Made by a program: the position numbers and the translations under genes. From the NCBI GenBank assembly GCA_000004985.1, contig GG738852.1: 64,000 nt of DNA. One strand, 5' to 3'. Positions 1-10,732 of the stretch are shown here, one piece after another. Source of the stretch: Naegleria gruberi. Lineage: Eukaryota. The notes beneath the pieces were generated by a model. It did no database searches and was not told the origin of the DNA. It saw nothing but the letters and a program-made list of their open reading frames with translations. How positions within the stretch are numbered: the first letter of the stretch is position 1; each line of letters starts with the position of its first letter.

Positions 1-59
1 AGCCACACCAGCAACAATATCATTTAAACACAACTGCAGGAAGTAGAAAATCAGAACAT

Positions 60-2306
60 TTGGATGATACGGAGAGGGATGCCTTGTCTGCTGATGAAGA
101 TGTCTTTCCAACATTTCGATCAGTAATTATGGGAATGGAGGAGGGGAATGATTTGGAGAGAGCTCCATCTTCCTCACAACATCATTATAGAGATGGATTT
201 GGAAGGAATGATGATGAGGATCATGATTTCAAACTGGGTCACAGTTGGGAAACTAATAAGTGGTTGAGGTGAGTTTACTTGTTTGGAATTTTTAGTTTAA
301 ATTGGTGAATTTACAGAATTGGAGTTGTTGTAACGTTTAGTTTGATGGCAATTCTTCTTTTTGCCTTTCTCATTGTAATAATTACATTAGCGAGTCGATC
401 TGTGCCAACTAATGGAAATAATGTTATCAATAATTCAACATCTTGGGAACCACCAGTTACAGAATCTGGTATTGTAAATTTGATTAGAGCAACAAATGGT
501 GCAACAGCTGCAGACAATGAAATTTGCTCAAATATTGGAGTGAAAATAATGAGAGATTATGGGGGAAATGCTGTGGATGCAGCAATTGCGACAAGTTTTT
601 GTATTGGAATTATGAATCCTTTCAGTGCAGGAATAGGAGGTATGTTTCTCAATTCATTTTCGAAAGTTGAAATATTTTCACATCAATAATACTTGGATGA
701 ATCAGGAGGAGGAATTATGGCAATTTCCAAACCAAGCACAAATGGAGAATCGATTGTGGAATATATTGACTATAGAGAAACAGCACCCTCTGGAGCATCT
801 TGGGATATGTTTTCAAATATGCAACCAGTTGACGGAGCACCTCCTTCTCAGAGAGGTGGAAAAAGTATTGCTGTTCTATCAGAAGTGAAAGGTCTTTATA
901 CTGCCTGGCAAAGGCATGGCTCTATTAGTTGGAATTTACTCGTTGAACCATCAATAGAGTTGGCTAGAAATGGAGTAAAGGCTAATGCAGTGATAGCTGG
1001 TCATTTACAAAAATACAAGAATTGGGTTGTCAGGGAATCATTTGGTTCAGGAATGAAACAAGTTTATGGAACAGCTGATGGAGATGTTAAAAAAGAGAAT
1101 GATTTATTGGTCTATCCTAAACTTGCCCAAACTTTGGAACAAATTGCTATTTATGGAGCTAATGCGTTGTATAGCTTGAATGGCTCTCTGATTCAAGATT
1201 TATTATCAGATTTACAACAAGCTGGAAGTATCGTTACAATGGACGATTTACTCAATTATCAAGTTAAAATTTATTCAACTCTTAACACCAACGAAGAGCA
1301 GCAACCTCTTTCAACCTACTTTATGGGCTACAAGGTATTTGGTCCACGACCAGTAATATCAGGCGGCTCTTGTATCATTTTCATGTTGAACATGTTGGAA
1401 AATTTTGTTGGAGAATTATACTCTTCTGCAATGAACAGTGAAAAGGGAGAATATGAGAGGGGAGAGGAATTTCATCTCTCACAGAAAAAGTATGCTCTCT
1501 TTGTGGAGGCACTCAAGTACGCATTTGCACATAGAGGTGACTTGGCAGATCCCGACTTTATTGACATTAAGGATGTTCTTGGAAAAATGACAAGCAAAGA
1601 TTATAGCTCAAAATTGAGAAATGAATTGGAAAAGGCTCTGAGCAATAATTTAACATTCTCTGATCCTCTTCATTACAAATATCAGAAAGATTCAGGATTT
1701 GTCAGAGATGATCACGGAACTTCTCATCTCAGTGTGTTGGATAAGAATGGAATGGCTGTCTCTGCTACCACAACAGTCAACCTGATTTTTGGAAGTTTTA
1801 TTATTGGTGAGAGGACTGGAATTATATTTAATGATCAAATGGATGACTTTTCCCTTCCAAACACCACCAATTATTTTGGACTGGCTCCTTCACCAAGTAA
1901 TTATATTGCAGCAGGTAAGAGGCCACTCAGCTCCATGTCTCCAATGATTATCCACAAGAATAATCAAATCTATCTTACCATTGGTGCCAGTGGTGGCTCC
2001 AGAATTATATCTTCAGTATTTCAAACTATTTGGAATCATATTGTTGGTGGTTTGGATATTGCCAAGGCGATTCAGTTCCCAAGAATTCACCATCAATGGA
2101 GCCCTGACTCACTCGCAATTGAGCAAGGTATTCCTGATGACCTAGTATCATTTTTGAAGAATTATGTTAATGGAGGATCCATTAGTAGAGTTCAAGGTAA
2201 TCCTGAATTCAGTGTTGGAATAGTTCAAGGAATAGTTAAAAAGGGAGCTAATGAAATTGAGGCGGCTTCAGATATTAGAAAAAAGAGTAAAGCTGCAGGG
2301 TATTAA
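60..2306 (+). CDS. GGT: Gamma-glutamyltranspeptidase (GGT). It is a three-exon gene. Exon 1 runs to 268, with the first in-frame ATG at 129 (the ORF is open from 48). Intron 269..316. Exon 2 is 317..639, encoding a signal-anchor TM and the start of the large subunit. Intron 640..705. Exon 3 is 706..2306.
   Basis: ORFs 60..272, 342..689 and 693..2306 join in frame through GTGAGT..TTTACAG and GTATGT..AATCAG introns. The joined protein has a TM segment (LMAILLFAFLIVIITL) and the GGT signature (GNAVDAAIA, the GIGGGG region, and the catalytic Thr region TSHLSVLDKNGMAVSATTTVN). The spliced reading gives AGIGGGGIMAIS, which matches the GGT consensus around the autoprocessing site. Confidence 0.88.
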
Positions 2307-2377
2307 TCATCTCAATTAACCAACATTGATCAATTAGATTTCTAATTTAATAAAAATCTAATTAGAAAATCAAAAAA

Positions 2378-5300
2378 ATGAAAAGAAATGTAAATAAACC
2401 ACCACTCAAATCATCTCGAGGAAGTTCATTAGATATTGCCATAAGGAAGGGATTATATGGAATGTAGGTGTTGTTCTTTGTGATGAAAGATTAATTTGGA
2501 TAATTTTATCAAATAATTAACTGCACGGAACGAATAATACTATTTTATATTTAAATGGAAGAACTTTGGAACAATTACAAGAGTTTAATGATAATCATGA
2601 TGTTTATAAATTACAAAACGAATATGGAGGAGCCCACGGGTTGGCACAAGCTCTCGGATCAAATATTAAAGAGGGAATTAGTAATTATGAAGTTCAGGAA
2701 AGAGGATTTCATTTCGGAAAACATTTTAGTTTGCAACGAGTGAGTCCAACACGATATAATTCATGGTTCCGATTATTTATTATTACATTTAAGGATTCTT
2801 TCATGAAAACCTTCTTAATTTTGGCAATAATTTCAATCATTCTGGGAGTTATTCTGCCCACAGAACAAAAAGAGAGAAGAAAGGGTTGGATAGAGGGTGT
2901 CTCGCTTCTGATTGGGTGTCTCTTTGTTTGTGTGGCGAATAGTTTTATTGGCTGGCAAAAAAAGAGAAAGTGGAATGAGATTCACACCTTACAAGATGCT
3001 CAATACAGAGTAAAGGTAACACGTGATGGAAAAATTACATCCATTCTTATGGAAAATTTAGTGGTTGGTGACATACTTCATGTAGAACCTGGTGATTTTG
3101 TTACATGTTCTGGAATAGTTGTTGATTCACATAATTTAATTTGTGATGAAAGCTTTTTTACTGCCAACGATACTAACTCACTCAAAGATAAGAATTTGAA
3201 TCCTTTTATTGATCCAGAAACGTTTATTGTAGAAGGTTATGGTAGCATTCTTGTCACTTCAGTAGGAGTTAAACAAATCCTTTTGGATGCTTTACTGAAT
3301 TCTAAAGATGAGGAGTCTTCCTCTCCTTTGGAAACTCGTCTTTTCTCCATAGCTAATAATATTTGGAAAATAGCTATTGGCTTTTCATTGAGTGTTTTTG
3401 CACTCTTGATGGTTGGGTGGACCATTTATAAGATTGGACTCATACAAAACTATCAGGAGGAATGGATTGTTACTGATCTATTGACAGTTCTCAAAATGAT
3501 ATGTTTATGTTTTTCTGTACTCTTTGTTTGTACTCCGAATGGAATTTACAAGATAATTACCACTTCAATGGCCTACTCTTCACGTAAAACTATAAGAGAC
3601 AATATCCTTCTGAGTGTGAACCAGAATATGGATGTGAGTGAAAGGTTGGGATATACTTCACAAGTGATTATTGGAAAGTCGGCCCTTACACAAAAATCAA
3701 TGGAAGTTGTCAAAGCGATCATTGCAGGTGAAAATATTGAAATTGGCACAGGAGATGTTCAAATTGATGAAACTCTTTTACAAATTTTATCGAGTGCCTT
3801 ATCTGTGAATTCGAGGGCTGATATTAGAAATGATGATAATATGCAAATAGAGGAGAGTATTGGGGATTCTTTAGACTGTTCCCTATTGATTTTTCTTCAA
3901 CAAATTGGAGTAGATTATGCACCTATAAGAAACTATTATTTTGAGAATAACAAAATTGTAAAAATGTTTACAAAGAAAAATGGAACCATGACAACTATTG
4001 TGAGGAATAATGGAAATTATATTCTATTTACCAAAGGATGTTATGAATCCATTCTTGAAAATTCATCTGGAGAATTGTTGAAAGAAGGAGTTGTTGCTTC
4101 ATTCACTGATAACAGAAAAGAAGAGCTCCGAGAAACTATGAGCAAACACATTCAAGAAGGATATACAATAATTGCAATAGCTTACAGAGAAATTGAAGAC
4201 ACAAACATTCTCTTTGAGAATAATTTAACCATTGATGACGACTGCTACAGTAATTTAGTATTAATATCATTCCTGATTATTCTTAACCCATTAACCACAG
4301 GAATTAAGGAATCCATATCTCAATTGAGAGACGCTGGTATTTTTGTGAGGTTGGTTACTGGAGAAAGTGTTTCATCCGCAAAGAGACTTGCAACTGAATG
4401 TGGAATTATGACTGAAGATGGTACATGTCTAGAAGGCCCTTCGTTTTTCAATCTGAACGAAGATGAGCTCATTAAAACTCTTCCTAATCTGCAAGTGGTT
4501 GCCAGAGCAAATAATGCACACAAGTACCATCTCATTTCTGAATTACAGAAACAGGGGGAGTTTGTCACCATCCTCTCTTCATCTCACAAAGATGTCCCCT
4601 CCATAAGAAAAGCAGATATTGGAGCTGTTTGTGGAATTAAAGGATCACATTGGAGCAAATACTACGCCGATTTGTTTATTACAGATGATAGACTGAGTTC
4701 TCTTGTGAGAGCCATCGCTTGGGGAAGAGCTTTGTTTTACAATATTCAAAAGTATCTAGTTTTTCACATGACTATCAATATTGTAGTCATGACATTGACT
4801 GCAGTTACCTCTATAACTGCCTATCTTTTGAGCCCAGTTCAGTTTCCACCCTTCAATCCAGTCCAATTGTTATTTGTACATATTATCATGGACATTTTTG
4901 CAGCTCTTTCTCTGGCTTCTGATCCTCCTCATAAGGAAACTATGAAACAAGATCCAATCAAACCCAAATCAAGTATTGTAAGAAAGAATATGAAATTTCA
5001 CATTGTTGGTCAAATTCTCTATCAGTTAGTGGTATTGATGATTTTGCACTATAGTGGAATTTATATTTGTATCAACAATAAGGATGGCGACAAGTTGTGT
5101 CTGAGTGATCCTGGAACCTCCTTCAAATCATCCAAATCATCCCAAGTTGTGGAAACAATGGTATTCAATACTTTCATATTTTGTCAAATATTTAATGAGA
5201 TTAATTGTAGAAGAATTGATAATGGGATGAATCTATTGAAGAATATTCACCATTCATTATTATTTGTGGCAATCTTCATTCTTAATATTGCATTTCAAGT

Positions 5301-5523
5301 ATTCTTAGTTCAGTTGAGTTTGGCAAGTTTAGTGCCATTGACTTGGTACCAGTGGTTAGTTTGTGTTGCCATTGGTTTTATTTGCGTACCTTTTGGTTAT
5401 GTGTTACGATTTTTATCTTCAAGAATAATTACATCAAACAAATTGAAAAAGGGAATGAACAAGATATTTAAAAGAATGGTTCGTAGTGTGCCTAGTCGAA
5501 ATCATAACCTTAACATCACATGA
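2378..5523 (+). CDS. PMCA-like P-type (type IIB-like) cation ATPase homologue with degenerate catalytic motifs; candidate pseudo-ATPase. Exon 1 is 2378..2463 (MKRNVNKPPLKSSRGSSLDIAIRKGLYG), intron 2464..2561 (GTAGGT..GGAAG), exon 2 is 2562..5523.
   Basis: There is a long ORF (985 aa from 2566). After adding the upstream exon, the N-terminus (GITLEQLQEF...YGGAHGLAQAL...) aligns with the PMCA N-terminal cytosolic segment. TM1-TM2, the A-domain region (VVGDILHVEPGDFVTCSGIVVDSHNLICDESFFTAND) and about 10 predicted TM helices are retained. The canonical motifs are all replaced: DKTGTLT becomes IGKSALT (no phospho-Asp), TGES becomes TAND, MVTGDN becomes LVTGES, and GDGxNDxP becomes SSSHKDVP. Confidence 0.8.
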
Positions 5524-5593
5524 TTCATAAAAACATTTGTTCATTTAAAACTGGAAAAGTAATTGGTAAAATCTAGTAAAAATTGGAAGTTAA

Positions 5594-8500
5594 ATGAAAA
5601 ACAAAAACAAAAAAATGCCAAAAAACAAGGAAGTAGCAACTTCGGAGGAAAATGATCAACAAGATGAAGTCATGGCCGATTCTATAGAGGAGGAAACATC
5701 CAACACTAGTCGTAAATCGGATCAATCTAGAAATTCTGATGAATTGATGAAAATTAGTAAAGGCTTGATAGATTTGTCTAACAAGACAAATAATTCAGCA
5801 AATGAACAATTACTAAAATACATACAAGAAAATAAGTTGGTCGATTCTCTAAAAGAAATCAAGTCAATCATGACGCAATATTTACTCAAATCAAATTTTG
5901 ATCACTTATATCAATTTATGAAAGCCTATTTTCAAAGTTGTAGACCAAATGTCATATCAGAGAGTGTTTTCAATACTGATGTGAATAGCACTAGTTCCGA
6001 TAAGAGTGAATCTACTAATCAATTTAAACTCTCACGTGAGAGGGCCTTCATGCTGAAATTACTCACATGTTGGATGTTTGAAGGAAGATTAGAAGGAAGA
6101 GTGGCTAAGAATGGTTTAGGTATCATATTCGAAGAATTGGATTATTTACCAGATGCAATGCTTGTCTCATTAATTCAAGCAATTTATACATTGTTCAAAG
6201 ATGGTGGACAAGCATCAGATGTAGTTTCACCCCTCTTTGGAAATAATTCAAATTTTGATAGCATGGAAAATAATGCAGGACTAGTATTGGATATTTGGAC
6301 ACAGTGTATTTCTGCAGTAATGGCCAAGGATGAAATTGAAATCAATTCCAAAACAAAAAAGAAGAAGAAATCGGAAGAATACAAGACTGGTATTATCAAG
6401 GACATGTGTAAATGTGATTGGTCCCAAAAAGTATTGGCATTTGCCAATGCTTTCAAGGATATGCCACTCAATGACAATGAATTAGAACTAGTGGTAGACA
6501 AATTTTTCAAATACTTGAACAAGATGAACTTGAACGATTGTGCTCCACTCATTTACCAACTATTGATTCTTTCTTCAAGAGGAAAGAGACAGAAAATCTT
6601 ACTAGGAATTATTGCATATTTTGATAACTTGGAAAAAGAAAAGAGGCGAAACTCACTAACATCTACTGAAGATTCAGTTAACCAATTAGAAGGAACAGTT
6701 TTACACTTTATCGATTATGCGACCAAACAGAACCAAGAATTAGCCACAGAAATGTTAAAAATAATGAAGAATGAATCAAGTGGAGGACTAAATACCTTTA
6801 AAGCTTCCTTCTTACTAATCATTTCAGGTTTGATGAATTTTGAGGAAAAGGCGTTCAAGGTTTTAAAAACTTTTGTAGATGACGATTACAAAAATTCCAC
6901 CAAAATTCACCTCTATCTCTCTGAGGAAGAAGACCAGTTATTATCCTTCAGATACAAATCTAGTAACGTAATTTTAGATACAGTGAAAAAATGTGGAAGA
7001 GGAAGAGATTTCATGATCAAGTCTGTTGTTGACTTTGCATGCTATCTTTTAGATGCTAAAAAGGTTAAAGCCTCTAGTGATGACAATTTTGTTTTAACTA
7101 AGGTGGCAATGCACTCACATGACTTGGGATTGGAAATATTAGGCAAAATGTTCGAATTGAGTCAATTTGTTAGATCCGATATTCTCTCCAGAATTTTTAA
7201 TCGTGTGGTGACAAATTATGGAAACACTGAAAAATATATTGACCTCTTGAGAAATATATCAAAAAATCAAACCAATTGCCTTCTTGACCATATTTCCAAA
7301 CTCAAAGAAACCATTGAATACCTATCAACTATGCCTACAGATATATCAAATGCACTTCTCACTGCCGTGCAACCACTTTATAAGAATAGCCAAGAATTCC
7401 AAGATCAAGTAGTATTGGTTTTGCGTAAGTCAATGTATAGCAGAGAATTGGATTCAAGACTTGTTGCCTTGAACGGATTTTTACAAATTTTATTAGCTTC
7501 TGGAGAATTGGAAGAATCAAATGTTGGATCAAGTAGTGCTAGCAGCTCTTCCAGTAGTATTGCACAACACAGAGCAAGCACAATAGATTTGGAAATTATT
7601 GGATTTTTAAGAAGATGTCTCGGTCAGCAAATGATCGTTAGAAAGACGCTCTATGGTGGATTGTGTGACCTTGTCACAAAGAAGCCAGAATTGAGAAAGG
7701 AAATTACTCCAATCATGATTGACCATCTTAAAAAGTACATGTCCATGGAAGATGAAGACAAGCCAGAGGTATTTTTCGATAGTTGTATTGGTACCAAAAC
7801 AATGACAATTGCTGAACCTCTTCCTTCTCTCTTTTATTATTTAGTCCATGTAGCAGATGATGAAAGGGATAAGGACGCCTACAACATGTTGATTGGTATT
7901 ATGAATTATTTATTTTCCAAATCATTGAGTGAGCTCTCCATTGATAAACCTTTCGATGATACTAATGAAGGAAAAAAGAATAGACTTGTTGCCACCATAT
8001 ATGCTGGATGTATTGAGGCATTATTTGAGTTTACATTGTTAATTCTCTCCAAAGATGAGGACAATGGTAGTCAAGCAATGGAAGTATTGAATACTTTTTG
8101 GGCTAACTATTCCAAAGTAATAGAAAATCTTAATAAGAAACCAGCTTCAACAAGCAAGAAAAAGACATCCACCACTGAAAAGTTTGATCCAACTTCTTTC
8201 CTACCAGAATTATCCATTCAATTTTGCACATCAGCTATTAGCGCTGCTTCTGAATCTGTGAAAGATGTAGAAGTATCAGAGAATGCTATTGCTGATAGTA
8301 AATTCCATGCCTACCTACTCAAGTTAATTGCAAAGAAAACAAAGGCTGCCAAGAAGATAAATCAAAAACTTCCAGATGATGGCTTGCTAGGTATTGTAAA
8401 GGGTCTCTATATTTTCTTGGTAAGACTGACCAATAAGGGCTCATCAGCCTCTACTGACGACCCGAAAAAGAAGGATAAGACCACAACACAAACTTCAGAA

Positions 8501-9724
8501 GTGTTTGAAGAATTAATACGTATGAAAACTCAAAATAGTTCTCCAGCTGAAATAATCGATTTTTATGAGGGCTTTATTCGATTGTCTAAAAGTCAAACCT
8601 CCTCTAACAATGATAGTAGAATTAGTGACATTATGCAAACTCTTCAGAAAAATATTAGTAGTATTCTCAAACAAAAATCATTTGAGACAGCCACTTCATT
8701 TGTTAGAATTCTCACCAGCTTGGTTCATTTTATTGAGGGCAAGTGTGAAATTTTAGAAAATTCTGGACACTACTCTTGGATAATTGATATTTGTAAAGGA
8801 AATGAGTTTGGTCATAATGATTTAGGCCATGCTCTTATCAATCACCTTGTAACATTAGCTTGTATTTTTATGGATGTTCCAAAGCTCCAAGAACTTGCCT
8901 CAGACGTGTTGGGTAAAGTTGGCCATATTGAAGATGCTGGTGAAAGAACTGTTACCAACATGTTAGCCATCAATTGTCCATCAGAAACTGCAGATGTATT
9001 AATTTCTAGAATTGGATTAATCTTAGATGATCTGGATTGGAAATATCAACGATTAGAAACACTCAAGGACACATTAAGTGATAATTATGAGGACACAAAG
9101 AAGAATATTTTCCATCAAACTACTCTCTTTATTGATACTTTGGAGCATTTAATTTGTGCCAAATTGGAAATGGAAATATCTGAAAAGCTCTTTTCTCCAC
9201 TTATCAAATTCTATACAATGTTAGCTAAGTTTACAGATACCTATCTTTCCCTTCCTAAAGATTCTGGAATTGAGTTATGTGAAGAATATTGTGAATTGGT
9301 GGATAGATCTGGTGATTTTACCACCACTTGTTACTCATTCATCAATTATCATAATGAGGAAGAAAAGTCCACCTCAATGAAAATTGTTAGAGAGGCAAGA
9401 AATATTCCAGAACTCATCTTTAGAATGGAAACCTCAGAGCAAAAACTCATTCTCCTCTCCAAACATATCAAACAAAACTTGCTCAAGAACTATAAGAGAT
9501 CCCAAGTTAGAGCTTTTACCATTGACAATCAAAAGGTTATGGAAGCAGCCGAAGAAAAGAAGAAGCGTAAAAAGAAAGATGATGAAGAGGAAGAGCAAAT
9601 TAAGGAAGAATCAGAGAATGAACAAGAGGAAGAAGAAAAGAGCAGTAAAAAGAAAAAGAAAGCTTCCAAAAAGAGAAAATCACCAACCAGTGAAAAGTCA
9701 ACCACAAAGAAAAAGAAGAAATAA
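5594..9724 (+). CDS. FANCI: Fanconi anaemia group I protein (FANCI) orthologue. It is 1376 aa with an alpha-solenoid body, an acidic/EDGE-like region and a lysine-rich NLS tail.
   Basis: Single ORF. Ours: NDNELELVVDKFFKYLNKMNLNDCAPLIYQLLILSSRGKRQKILLGIIAYF. Human FANCI: [51 protein letters not shown]. The C-terminal blocks TTCYSFINYHN and IPELIF, plus an acidic stretch followed by KKKRK, also match FANCI. The human sequence is recalled from memory. Confidence 0.72.
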   Translation: MKNKNKKMPKNKEVATSEENDQQDEVMADSIEEETSNTSRKSDQSRNSDELMKISKGLIDLSNKTNNSANEQLLKYIQENKLVDSLKEIKSIMTQYLLKSNFDHLYQFMKAYFQSCRPNVISESVFNTDVNSTSSDKSESTNQFKLSRERAFMLKLLTCWMFEGRLEGRVAKNGLGIIFEELDYLPDAMLVSLIQAIYTLFKDGGQASDVVSPLFGNNSNFDSMENNAGLVLDIWTQCISAVMAKDEIEINSKTKKKKKSEEYKTGIIKDMCKCDWSQKVLAFANAFKDMPLNDNELELVVDKFFKYLNKMNLNDCAPLIYQLLILSSRGKRQKILLGIIAYFDNLEKEKRRNSLTSTEDSVNQLEGTVLHFIDYATKQNQELATEMLKIMKNESSGGLNTFKASFLLIISGLMNFEEKAFKVLKTFVDDDYKNSTKIHLYLSEEEDQLLSFRYKSSNVILDTVKKCGRGRDFMIKSVVDFACYLLDAKKVKASSDDNFVLTKVAMHSHDLGLEILGKMFELSQFVRSDILSRIFNRVVTNYGNTEKYIDLLRNISKNQTNCLLDHISKLKETIEYLSTMPTDISNALLTAVQPLYKNSQEFQDQVVLVLRKSMYSRELDSRLVALNGFLQILLASGELEESNVGSSSASSSSSSIAQHRASTIDLEIIGFLRRCLGQQMIVRKTLYGGLCDLVTKKPELRKEITPIMIDHLKKYMSMEDEDKPEVFFDSCIGTKTMTIAEPLPSLFYYLVHVADDERDKDAYNMLIGIMNYLFSKSLSELSIDKPFDDTNEGKKNRLVATIYAGCIEALFEFTLLILSKDEDNGSQAMEVLNTFWANYSKVIENLNKKPASTSKKKTSTTEKFDPTSFLPELSIQFCTSAISAASESVKDVEVSENAIADSKFHAYLLKLIAKKTKAAKKINQKLPDDGLLGIVKGLYIFLVRLTNKGSSASTDDPKKKDKTTTQTSEVFEELIRMKTQNSSPAEIIDFYEGFIRLSKSQTSSNNDSRISDIMQTLQKNISSILKQKSFETATSFVRILTSLVHFIEGKCEILENSGHYSWIIDICKGNEFGHNDLGHALINHLVTLACIFMDVPKLQELASDVLGKVGHIEDAGERTVTNMLAINCPSETADVLISRIGLILDDLDWKYQRLETLKDTLSDNYEDTKKNIFHQTTLFIDTLEHLICAKLEMEISEKLFSPLIKFYTMLAKFTDTYLSLPKDSGIELCEEYCELVDRSGDFTTTCYSFINYHNEEEKSTSMKIVREARNIPELIFRMETSEQKLILLSKHIKQNLLKNYKRSQVRAFTIDNQKVMEAAEEKKKRKKKDDEEEEQIKEESENEQEEEEKSSKKKKKASKKRKSPTSEKSTTKKKKK

Positions 9725-9760
9725 ACATACATTTGAATAATAAAAAAGTTATTAAATAAT

Positions 9761-10492
9761 TTATTGAGATTTATCTTTTGGTGGAGCCAAAACCTTCTTA
9801 CGTTGGGCAAACATGTACATGTACAATTGAGGGAAACCTGGCAAGTATGAGAACATGACAATCCAGACAAAAATGTAAGAATCAAATGACATATTGTAAG
9901 CATTTGGCATGGTCAAACTCATTGGACGATGTTCCTTCAAATAATTCAATCTAAAGTAAGTCAAAGCCAATTCACTTGAAACACCCAATGGATACAAGAC
10001 AATGAAAGTAGTATAACGCAACCACACAATAAAGTGAGGACAGATATCATAAAGCTTGAAAGCATAGAAACTGTAACGAATAACTTCAGTAACACACCAA
10101 GCAATCAAGAGAGTAGTGATGAAGAGAGCTTCAAATTCAGTATATTTAACACTGTGTTCAAGATAGAGGGAAACCCAGACAACAAAAATACGAGAGAAAA
10201 CTTGCATAAGAGTTGTCATGATTGGAGAACTGACCAATCCGAGAATAGAGTGAAGAATTTCTAACAAGGCCAATGATTGGAAAAATTGCAAAGGACGTTC
10301 GATAGTATCATATAAATCAACATTCTTCTTTCCTTCAACGTGGTGCATTCCGACCAAGTAGAGAACATATCCCCAGCCAAGACAGAGTACAATATTGTAC
10401 AAGAACAAGTAGGCCTTGCCGATTGGTCCTGGACCTCTTGCACGCTTTGGTGCAGCTGTGGTTGTTGCAGCGGTAGCGGTTGTGCTTGACAT
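9761..10492 (-). CDS. Very-long-chain 3-hydroxyacyl-CoA dehydratase (PTPLA/HACD/PHS1 family); multi-pass membrane protein.
   Basis: 243-aa ORF with an ATG at 10492..10490, four predicted TM helices, and the conserved Tyr/Glu-containing PTPLA-type motif context (LLEILHSILGLV, the YSFY region). Confidence 0.8.
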   Translation of the reverse strand: MSSTTATAATTTAAPKRARGPGPIGKAYLFLYNIVLCLGWGYVLYLVGMHHVEGKKNVDLYDTIERPLQFFQSLALLEILHSILGLVSSPIMTTLMQVFSRIFVVWVSLYLEHSVKYTEFEALFITTLLIAWCVTEVIRYSFYAFKLYDICPHFIVWLRYTTFIVLYPLGVSSELALTYFRLNYLKEHRPMSLTMPNAYNMSFDSYIFVWIVMFSYLPGFPQLYMYMFAQRKKVLAPPKDKSQ

Positions 10493-10732
10493 TTTTTCCT
10501 TTAATTTTTTGAGCGCTAAAAATTTGAAGCATCATCACTCTTTGATCATCTTCATGTGTTGATGATAATAATAATCATGAGAACAGAGAGGAATTTTTAG
10601 TAAAACTAAAGAAAATCGGAGGAGAATAATGTTGATATTAAATTTTTTTATTTAATAATTTTACAATGAATTTAAGGTAAATTGTAAAATTGAAATTCAA
10701 AAGTTTTTGGTAATATCAACCATTGAAAAAAA

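Noticed and set aside
2555-2743. 62-aa ORF starting at ATG 2555, overlapping the start of the ATPase ORF in another frame.
   Set aside because: The ATPase N-terminus is better explained by the upstream exon 2378..2463 spliced to 2562, which recreates the conserved GITLxEL block. The 2555 ATG lies inside the intron of that model.
6184-6552. Antisense ORF (122 aa) inside FANCI; similar antisense or alternate-frame ORFs at 3237..3425, 4320..4571, 9529..9903, 21671..22186 (His-rich), 30101..30775, 42352..43307, 50674..51021 (His-rich) and 54582..55040.
   Set aside because: All lie within, and opposite to or out of frame with, long conserved coding ORFs. Their odd compositions (poly-His, poly-Phe) are the mirror image of the Asp/Glu/Asn/Lys-rich sense codons. 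There is no independent support.
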